Origin: Saccostrea echinata
Lineage: Eukaryota
Length of the DNA stretch: 64,000 bases
Assembly (NCBI RefSeq): GCF_033153115.1
Contig: NW_026889805.1
Location: 8,246,001-8,310,000, forward strand
Direction: 5' to 3'
Below, piece by piece: positions 1 through 11,000 of the stretch (its first letter is position 1; each line of letters opens with the position of its first letter). The notes below the pieces were generated by a model. It saw only the letters and a list, made by a program, of their open reading frames with translations, did not search any database and was not told where the DNA came from. The translations under genes were made by a program, and so were the position numbers.

Positions 1-1763
1 CACCATAGGCCATCCTTGTTAGAAAAATTGGTATATTTATTATAATAATCTCAAGGTCAAATGCCAAGGTCAAGGTCAACTCCAGTTTGAGTAATTGACA
101 TTTCACATTAATTCATTTATGTATATATAAAGTTGGGATATGACTGGTCATTCTTAGATGGGATAAAAAAAATTATCAAGGTCAAAGGTCAAGGCAAAGG
201 TCAATTATGGTAGTTTATCCTCAAAAAGGAACTTGAGTGTATATGTGGCATTAATGCCAAAACCATATATTAAGATAAGACAAGATTTTTAAAGCATCAT
301 TGGCAGATGAAGGTGGACTCTCTATTATCTGCCCTCATCCTTCATCAAACAGGTGATGCTGCAGTGAGTCTTCTCCATTTTTCAACAAAGTTTTATTGCT
401 ATGTATTTTAATATTGCAGAATTAAACATTTGTCCAATAATCCCTACAGCCTTGATAAGTGCTGTATCCTACATTTAAATGATAAATTCTCATGAAGCCA
501 GAGTAAGTATAAAGTTGTGTAGATTTTTTATACCAAATTGTTCCCTCTACTATGACATGATGCATGAACCTCTTTTCAAATTCTTATTTGGAAATGTTCA
601 CCTGAATGCATTAACAAACAAATTGTGTTTACTTCTTGGTGACAACACTCAAACTGATCTTTTTTCAACACCTCTTTTTTTTTTATCTAAGATTAAGTTC
701 TGAATTATCATATTCATAATGGTTTATTGTGAAGAAGTAGTTAAATGGGTGGTTTGGGTTGATTTCTTTCTTTGTGGTTGCTCTAATTGAGTTTGCTGTG
801 AAAGACCTCTCTCTCTCTCCCTCTCTCTCTCTCTCTAATCAGTATCCAGGGTCCTTTTTGGAGTTTGTCAATTATGAGGTTTTATTGATTTTAGCTGAGA
901 AATCGTGTAAATATATGTGACAGCCAAAAGAGAGAGGAAATGACTAATGAGCTATGTCACCAGAACCCTGTCAGGGCCAGATCGGCACTATGGAGAACAA
1001 ACTATAGTCTTAGAAATTCTCTTGGAGTCCAGGACACTGTGATTGTTAGACTGGCATTTATATATCCAGATTTCTTAAGTAGCTCACTTACATAATAATG
1101 CCAGTATCTAGGTTTTTGTGAAGTTTTCTTTTCAACACATTGTATATGTTTCTTAAATTTCTGCTACCTTGACTGTTTTTTTGTTGAAGTTTTAATGTAC
1201 TTGAGTTGGATTTTGATGTTACCAAGTTCTAAATTACAGATTAAGAGGAATATACCCAGTAGGGGCTGTCTTACTGAGACAAATCCTCAAATTTGGAAAT
1301 AATGCATTAAATAGCATTTATAGAATAATTTTTTTTTTTCATGAGATTTTATAGATGAGTGATCTAATATTTACCGGTATACTTATAGAGAAAATGCCAT
1401 CAATGTTTCAATTGTTTTAATTTACATGAAATAGGATTGATTTGATTCCATTCCTAGTTTAAATATTAGGTGATTTTATTTATCATTTCATAACATAATA
1501 TTATCATTAGGAAAGAAGGGTGTATTTTTCTGTTTGTCTATGAGTGTTTGTATGTGCTGTAATAGGTGTATTAGTGAGATATTCATTAAAAAAATTAAGG
1601 AGAGGATTTTGAAAAGAAATTATCCATTTTGAACCCCTTCCCCATGTAATACATATACATGTATTTTGAGTGGACAGTGAACTCACCCAACAGTGGGAGC
1701 TCTATTTGCTCTGTATCACACTATCAACTACTTCAACTGAAAACAAAGTAGATATACAAGAGG

Positions 1764-1966
1764 CTATAGGTTGATCCTAAAGTAAAAAGGTCAAGTTTGT
1801 CTCTAGGAAATAATCTCTTACTACAGGTTGATCATAGAGGGTCAAGGTTGTCTCTGTGAAATAAAGTATAGGTTGATCCTGAGGGTAAAGGTCAAGGTTG
1901 TCTCTATGAAATAATCTCATTTTACAGGTTGATCTTGAGGGTAAAAGTCAAGGTTGTCTCTACGAA
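1764..1966 (+). repeat. Four imperfect tandem copies (spacing 57/45/56 bp) of the acceptor plus first ~13 codons of the PDZ exon
   Basis: The unit ta(t/c)agGTTGATC..GAGGGTAAA.GTCAAGGTTGTCTCT..GAA recurs, with post-AG starts at 1770, 1827, 1872 and 1928. Confidence 0.85.
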
Positions 1967-2070
1967 GGGGACTGTATCCTGGCTGTGAATGGCGTGGCCC
2001 CAGAGTCCCTGTATGAAGGAGAACAGCTGATTAAGGATACCTTCAGGACCCTAACACTAACTGTATGGAG
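1928..2070 (+). CDS. shroom: Shroom exon: C-terminal half of PDZ domain (VDLEGKSQGCLYEGDCILAVNGVAPESLYEGEQLIKDTFRTLTLTVWR)
   Basis: tttacag acceptor and AG|gtaagc donor (phase 2). The GD-x-I-x-x-VNG ... L-x-L-x-V-x-R PDZ signature resembles the second PDZ exon of vertebrate Shroom2/3/4. Confidence 0.85.
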
Positions 2071-5000
2071 GTAAGCTCAGTCAGTGTCTCATACTGGACA
2101 CAGCATTCATTCATTAGAAAAATACTTCAGAGCAGATGACACTTGAGGATCACTCAATCCAGCATCTGCCTGTTTCTCTGTCTGTCCATCTATCACACCT
2201 TATTTCTTGAAAACTGTAAGAGGTATGGATTTGATATTGTTGTCATGTATTGCTAGGCACCATGAATTTTAAAATACCATGGCTTCCAACCCCATGACCT
2301 TTCAACTTGACCTTTGTCTTATTTTTTAAAATAGTTCATAATTTTGATATATAGTATATTTTGGACAATTTAGAGGTAAGTGTTTATCATGAGACAATAT
2401 AAAAATACCAAGGTTACAGTCCACTTGACCTTGACCTTCTTTTCCAAAATACTCCAAACAGTTTATTTATTTGATGTCTTTTTGGAAACACAGGGCTTAG
2501 ATAACTTACATGTACATATCTATTACATGTTTATGATCTTATAACACTGTACTTTTAAACTGCATGATATAAAGTTACCACACAAACTGAACTTTTAAAT
2601 ACTCTGAAAATACATGGGAATCGGTTTACCACAATAGATCGTAAGTTGCATATTTACAATTGCAGTAAATACAGACTATAATCTCTTTCTAGTTACAATA
2701 ATTGAATGAAAAACATGTGAATAAAATACATAAAACAATTATTTCTGATAATTTCTATTTCATTATTCATTTTAGCTTTAACTTGATCTGTTTAATATTC
2801 ATTTTTATAGTATATTTTATATGTTTAATCTTTCTACATCCAACCTTCCTTTCCCCTGAATTTTCTTTGTCAAATGAATTACTTAGTGTTTCAGTGAATT
2901 TTTTGTATTTCCATCAAATTCATGTAGGGTAACCTTCTCCCACAACTGACAGGAATAAAAAAAGTCCCCCTTTATGTCTACAGTGACAGACCATACCGGT
3001 ACATGTATTGTCCACCTCAGTAGGTCCACAGTTCAAGCCAGTGGGAAAAATTTTAAAATTACCTTTGACCTATATTGTCATGACAAACCTCCTGAAGGTT
3101 CAAAGGTCAAATTTTTGAGTGAATGAGGAGTGTTTTTTTTCACTTTTTCCTTATGCCAAGAATTATTTCAGAGCTTTCCTCTCAAAATCCCTCTGTGCTC
3201 TAGCTCTCTCCATCAACCTGTGGTATTCTCTTCATGTCAATTCACACTAAGTTTTCTATGTATATCCATTGTTCACCATCTTCATTGGAAGATACTGCAA
3301 AAACTTAGTATACCTGTTCTGACCAGCAAGTTGTAATTCTGTGGTTATCTGATAGGTATGTGATGATCCATTTGACAATTAAACCATTAAATCAATGATT
3401 TGATTTAGAAATATCGATTATATTTGATTTCCTCAAAGAAAAAAAGATGCAATAAAAATATACCGGTACATAAAGAATAATACCTATAACATATTTATTC
3501 TACATTAAAATATATTAATTATAAAACCATGCATAATAACAATATTGCAGATCCAAAGGGGGATAACTCTGTTACCTTTCTTTCAGGAGAACAAGCTATG
3601 ATGGAAGAGGTTAATTTTTACCTGTTTGACTATAAAAGCCTGAATTAACAATGGTTACTGTTTAATTGACTGCATGTTTATAAAAATAAACTCCCACTCT
3701 TATTCATAGAAAGAAACCACAGCATGAATTTCAATTACTGGAATGTCAAAGTTATGATGTTAGGGAAAATGACTTTTTATCTGTTTGATTTTTAAAATTC
3801 TGTTCTTGAAATGAACTGTCTGGTTTGTAGATTATTTAATAGCTTTATTGCATAGAGAGGCCTTGGAACTGAAGGAGTTTCAATAGAATTTAATCATAAT
3901 AGTTTCTTTTTTAGTTGTTGAGTTGTCTGATATAAGCACGCATGTTATAATGTGGAACATTTACCAAGTTCAAAAATGGAAATAGTTGATAGGCTTTTGT
4001 AAGTAAATCTTTTTATTCCATAGTTACACTTTATTTTTAAAGCATATTGATGGATAACACTGTTTATTATATTAGAATACATTTCCAGTAGTCCTGGAGC
4101 AAAATCTTAGATACTTGAAAACCAACAAAGAAAAGGAAATGGAATGTAGAATGTCCGTCGCATGAGAAAAAAGTCTTACTTTGTGCATGTTTTAAAACTT
4201 AGTATGCATAATTGACAAAGTCACAAATATGTTTTGAAGCATTTTCATTTTTCTCATGTTTGCACCGATTGACTAGAGGGCAAAGGTTATGCCCCAATAT
4301 ACTCTTTAATAATTTGTCAAATAATTACAAAATATTTCCAGAGGAATGTGTTTGCCAGCTTTATTGAATTTTCGCCCATTTCTGAATTGTGGCAGTAATT
4401 CAGAAAGGAATTTATTGAATTCAAGTGAAAATTACTGAAATAAAACTCTTTGTCTGCGTCTAATTTCCCTGGGTGAAAGTTCTGGGATTCCTTTGTAGCA
4501 GGTAGCTCGTTTGAGTGCTAATAACATAGAGGATGATGGAAACCTAATTCTGTCATGTATACCTAGAAATAAATTAAGATATAAAGAGTAAGAGGTTTTG
4601 TGTAGGAGATCTACTTATTAAAGTACATATTGTCACATTCCTGTAAGATTACAATATATCAATTTCAGGTGTGACAGTTGAATTGCTATTGATTTTGTAA
4701 GGTAGGCATGTAGCAGGGAGAGAGCCATAGCATGATTTAGCTTATGTTTGAATGTAAGAAAATATCTGTGTGAATGTAGGATTTATTTCTGATGGATAAA
4801 GATTACAATGTAAAGAGGTGGGTACTAATGATGTGAATTCATTCCAGAGGTTTGCATGTTTTAATTCTTTTTTTTTAATTTATTTTTTATTTTCATGATC
4901 ATCAAAACGTGTGTCAAGAAAATTAGGTAGCAGCTAGATGTTAATAGATTGTATCCTCTCAATAATTCATTCTAGAATTTTAAAGAAATAAAATCATTTA

Positions 5001-8000
5001 ATTATGCTATTTACATGTATATATTCAAATATTTCATTGTCTTTAAATGAGTTCTTCAGTACTTCTTTTGGCATATATAAATAACTAGAAGTCATAAGTG
5101 TGTGTTTATGGGGTTTTTTTAAAGGTTGTAAGCTCTTATGGAAAATGTTTTTTTTTTTTGTTTATTTGTTTAATGTCCCTTCGAGAATTTTTCACTCATA
5201 TTGAAATGCCCCCACTTGCCAGTGGAGAGCTGCAAATTTATACCTGTATTTGGCACTTACGGCCTTTGAGCAGTGAGGGATTTTTTTCATGCCAGAACCT
5301 ACTGTGACATGGGACTTTGGTTTATACGGTCTCATCCGAAGGACCGGTCTCCACGTATCACAGTGGATTCCTACCCCCAACTAGGAATCAACTCTAGAGC
5401 AAACACTCTAACCACTGCATCATATGGGTGACTTTATGGAAAGAATATGGTTTAAACATATGCATTATTTAACTTGGTCTACTTTCAGTCAACAAGTTGC
5501 ATAAGACTGGAAATTTGTTAATATGGATGTGTCCAAAATCATAGTAGCTAAGTACATGTATCTCTTCATAGAGCTACAGTCTTGAACCGTATGAGCTGCT
5601 ACACAAAGATAACAAGCATTAATTCATAAAGAGTATTCATGTAGCTTAGCAGCTAGTCTATCTGCTACAAACTTGTACACAGCCATGGTTTTGACTCGTG
5701 TGTGTAGCAGCCATATATATTCAAATTTAGATTTAGAAAAATAGCATTAATCTGCCAGCTGTGTTAAAGACCTTTGTTATTTACAACTTAGTCCTTAATA
5801 CGGTCAGTGGAAGGCTGATATTCAAAACTGTTTAGCTTCAGAGAAAAGAGACATGTATTTTAGATAGAACTGCTGTTTTCTTGCCCTACCTTCCTTTCAG
5901 TTTCTCTTTTCATTAAGTCTGGAGATTTTATTGTGTTAGGATCCGTTACTCTAACTGCTTCAGAGCGTCTTTTTAAATGACTGTATGTAGTATGCTCAAA
6001 GTTTCACAACATGGGGCCTATAGAATAATCCTATTTTCTTCACTAATTGTTTCAGGACAATAGATCTACTTTGTCCTAATAAGCTTATCAGTTAAAAAAG
6101 TGCAGGGCCATTGTATGTCTTCATTCAGACTGGGTACACATGTGTCTGTTTGAATGAAAATGAACCGTTGTGTATTGTGTATTTTGTATTTCTTGTAATA
6201 TTAATTCATGCAGTTAGGTGAGACACTTAGGATTATCCAGTTGTTTAGTCCAAAGGAAATATAATTAGATTTTAATTTACAAAACTTGTCATGGATGGTT
6301 ATGGATGGAATTGTTTCCAAAACCTAAACTAATTTTATATTGTAATTTTATTCAACTATGATATGAGGAACATCTGTTTGTTGTCCTATGGAATATACAA
6401 GGAAGTTGATCGCAAAATGCAGGATAAGATTTTTAGCAGTTGGAATACTGATTTGCTCTGCAGTTTATTTCTAAATTTGTAAAATGGAGAGAGGTGCAAA
6501 ACCAGCTCGCATCTTGCTGAGCCCACCCCCTCTAAAGGTTAATTATGATCAGCTTCCAGTGAGTCCTCGAACACGGGCAAGCTGGTCAGGAAAGGCAGAC
6601 AGGTAAGTGTAGTGTTGTTACAATAGTCCCTGACTATCGAAAACTCATCACCGAAGGCAGTGCGTTAGTAACAATTGAAAATCTTAACATCTGGTAAAAT
6701 TGTGGATATTGCATTTTTATAAAAAAAAAAAAAATAATGCACGCATTAAGCTGAAATTTTAAGCAAATGTTTGTTATGCCCCGCCATGAATATGGCCGGG
6801 CATATAGAGTTTGTCATGTCCATCTTCTGTCTGTCCTTCTGTCGCTCTTTGCTTTTAGCTCAGTTCAAAGCTCAGTTTCAAAGAAACTATTCATATGCTG
6901 ATACATACTGATCAGTGCTATTCAACTGCGTCAACATTTTTTGTCCATGACCTTTCATTTGACCTTGACATCACTTTTCTTAAATTAGTGTTTAGCTCAG
7001 TTTTAAATAAACCATTCAGGATAGTGTTATCAAACTTCATACGTTGATACATTCTGATGTTAGCTTTTCAACTGCATCAACATTTTTTTACCTTGACCTT
7101 TCCTTTGATCTTGACCTCATTTTTCTTAAATTCATGTTTAGCTTAGTTTTGAATAAAGCATTCAGTATAGTGTTATCAAATGTCATATGCTGATACATAC
7201 TGATGTAAGCTTTTCAACTGCTTTAACATTTTTTGACCTTGACCTTTCCTTTGACCTTAACATCACTTTTCTTAAATTAGTGATTATCTCAGTTTTAAAT
7301 AAATAATTCAGGATATTTTTTTTATTAAACTTCATACGCTGATACATACTGATGAGAGCTATCAACTGCATCAAAAATGTTTGACCTTGCACTTTCCTGT
7401 GACCTGTATCTCACTTTTCTTTAATTTGCATTTTGCTTAGTTTTAAAGAAACCATTTAAGATGTTTTTATATAAGTTTATGCACTAATATACATAATTTG
7501 GTGAGAATTTGTCATCTATATCCATTTTTTTAGATTTCAATTTTAAAGAAACTTTTCAAGATATTCTCATCAAACTTTATACACTAATACAAAATTTTCA
7601 TGTTGCATTACTATAAATATACACTTGGCATTCAGGTCCTATGGACATATTTGTAGTTTTTTGTATTTAAGTACATTTTCCATAACTTACTAATACAAGT
7701 CTTTAGAAGTTCCCATGAGTGTGTGAGATTGGTTCCTTGACTGTTCATGGAGGAATAAAGGGGAAGTTGAGTGTGTGCATCAGTGAAGTTCTCAGAATAT
7801 TTAAATGGGACTTATCCAACATTTTAAATCAAAGATGAAACATGATGTTGCTTTAGATATTTGAGTGTTTTCATCCAAGGTGATACATATCACCATAATA
7901 TTATTTATTTGAGCATATATCCATTTGAAATTTGCTATATGTATATTGATGAACAATGTACTAAAGGTACTAAGGAGTAGGGGGAAATATTAGGAAATAG

Positions 8001-11000
8001 TGTTGATTATTTTTCACTCTAGACAACTTGTCCACAATTTTACTGGACAACCCTCAAAGAGTTGCTAATTTAATCTGAAAACATTTTTTCCCCCCAGAAT
8101 TGGTTTATCTTTTAACATTTTCATACAATATTATTCAATTTCTCATGCAAACAGCAGACGAACTTTCCAACTAAGCATGTTTTGAACTTGGTTTTGCAGA
8201 TTATGATTGAAATTTGTTTTTTTTAAATGGTTAACTTTATTCAATGTTACTTTTAATGAATGATCAATCTATCAATTATATAGTGGATTGTACCAATTCA
8301 ATTTGATAATCGATAGTAACTTTGATCCAATTTTGCAACACTAGGTAAGTGAAAATGAATGCATAAACATTGTAAGGTTGTCATAGGTTTTGGAATATGG
8401 TTGAACCTTTTTTTGTGTATGGTTTTGAAGTACACTGATTTGTGATATACCAGGATTTGCAGATCAGTGCTCCATTACAACATAGCAACCGCAGCACAAG
8501 GTTGCTGAGAAATCAGTTACCTGTTGTCCATATCTGATACTAATGGATGTCTAGATAAGCACCACCATGTAAAGAAGCCACTTTACAGTGAACATTGTAC
8601 TGATTAACATGCAAGAGAAAATCAGAAAGATTCAAGAAAAAAACTAGGCTAGTCTTAATGCTCTTTTTGAGCTAAGTTGTAGTACAGTTTGAAAAGAGGG
8701 AAAATCGATCTCTTTAAAGAAAGGTGCATTTCAGTGATATGTAAATCAGTTATGATTTCATGATTACCTGTAAATATAATTGAATGTTTAAAGGTGATTT
8801 AAATCAGGATCTTCAATCAGTATGTAGACATTAATATGGCACATGTCAATTCATGTCTCATTATTTTAGAATTTTTAAGGGAATAACTTAATGCTTCTTT
8901 TAAAACTGAAAATGGTTGAATTGTTTCCTTGAGCATCACAGGGCAGTTATCAATGCCAATTGTGGTTACCAAGCAATTTGTCTTTCTACCAAGCAATTTG
9001 TCTTTCTATGGCTAAAATTCTTGAATGACAAAACAAAACTTGCAAAAGTTATGCAATAAATCAATCAAGCAGAAATTCCTAAGTTATTGAGCAATTCTCT
9101 GAATCATTGATGTCTGTTAATGATATATTTTTCTTGAGGAGAACCTTTACAGTTTACTGATGGCTATTGATGTTCTATCAAGGTTCCTTAGCTTATCCTA
9201 AAGTAGTGATGAAGGAAAAGTGTTGCTCAAAGGTGAAGTGCATTTCATTAGTCAGATGTAACACAGTTTTTTTTTTATGGAGCTAGAACTTCTGAATTCT
9301 TCTAGAAAGAAGAAGGTACGGTTTTAGCTTTATTGTGCCCTAAAAATTTAATGTTTTCAAAAAGTTTTGAAACTGGCTTAAATATTAGTTGCGTATATGA
9401 CTGTGATAAATCAGAAAAGAATATGGCATGAAGAAGTACCATTCTGGAAATATGATGTCATTAATTTGATGCATTTCTCTATTTTAAACATAAAGGCCTC
9501 AAAATGACCCATCTTAAGGGTTATTTTCCTTAAGAAAATCACTGTCCACAGCCGTCGCCCACTTTAATTTTCGGATATGTTGTGTAAAATTCTTTGAAAA
9601 ACCACATATCGTAAAATCTTTGTGGGTGATGCCAGTGGACAATATTATCTGAAAGAAAATTCCATTGAGATTTGGTGTCTTCTGCAACTTTTTAAGAAAA
9701 TGCGGGAAAATGCACAACATTATGACATCACAATTAGCATTTAGAAGGTCATGTGAGAGAAATGATTCGTACGATCTTTCTGCATGGAATTTAAATGATT
9801 CAGAAATCATGAGTTTTAATTTTTTACATCACTTTCATTTTTAAGAAAAACACAGGGCAAGATTTGTATTGAAAGTCTGTACCTTGTTCTCATCAATTTC
9901 TCAAGTAAGGAGAGCACAGGCACTTGTTTCTGTAATAAATTTTAGCGACAAAGCCCACAGTTTAATAATAACCAAGGTATCTAACTCCTAATTACATGGA
10001 GTACCCACCTTCCCAGAATGGCAGTCATTTACACTTTCAGAGAAGTGCACTGGCAAACTGTTTATTACCATTGTCCTCTACGATTATTTATCTATACAAC
10101 CATATATGACACGCTTGTCTTCATTTTCTTTTAAATTCATAAACAGCATCAAAACTCTGCTCGCTGACGGGAAATTCATCTCACACCATGAAGTGGTATG
10201 TTCTAATCTCAGTGGAATATGTTCTTAGATTTTGATTGGCTAAAAATGCATTTCTAAAATTACAACAGAAAAATATCATAATGTTTTATGGAAAATAAAA
10301 TGTAAACAAATTTTATTTATTCACTGCAATATTTGCTCATTTTTAGCTCACTTCAACGAAGTTGCGGTAGGTTATGTAATACCGTCGGCGTCAGCGTCCC
10401 AGGTTAAAGTTTTTGGAGCAGTTTCCTTATCAAGTACTTCTATGCCCTATATTAATCAGAGATGCATGGAGGATGCTTCTAGTCCGGTTAAAGTTTTTGG
10501 AGCAGATCTCATTTCAAAGTAACTATAAGCTCTATGTTGACCAAACTTGCATGGATGATACATCTAAGGATGCACACTACTGGACTTGCTTGGGATGCTG
10601 GATCTGACCTACATTTTCCGGATTAGTGACCATGTTAAAGTTTTTGGAACAGATCTCATTTCCAAGTGTCACCCGCATGGCGCAGTGGTTAGAGCGTCTG
10701 CTCTAGAGTCGCGGCGTAAGGAGTTGATCCTTATGTCGCGGGTTCGAATCCCACTGTGGGACATGGAGACCAGTCCTTCGGATGAGACTGTATAAACCAA
10801 GGTCCTGTGTCGCAGTAGGTGCTGGCACGGAAAAGATCCCTCACTGCTCAATGGCCATAAGTGCCGAGTAGAGGACAAAATTTGCAGCTCTCCACCGGCA
10901 AGTGGTGGTGTCTCCATATGAGTGAAAAATTCTCGAGAGGGACGTTAAACAACATACAAACATTTCCAAGTAAATGTAAGTCCTGTTTTGACCAAACTTG

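Noticed and set aside
40-2460. ggtcaaggtca/tgaccttgacc patches at ~50-205 and ~2290-2440 as regulatory elements
   Set aside because: They match the motif in HINE satellite units; likely decayed repeat remnants with undefinable boundaries.
9514-9900. 98-aa ORF in a CpG-containing segment beginning ttaaggg
   Set aside because: No protein family resemblance; probably a transposon fragment, but I could not find its partner terminus.
10668-10762. tRNA gene
   Set aside because: A and B boxes are present, but the sequence is the head of a SINE with body, tail and 11-bp TSD; the cloverleaf is irregular.
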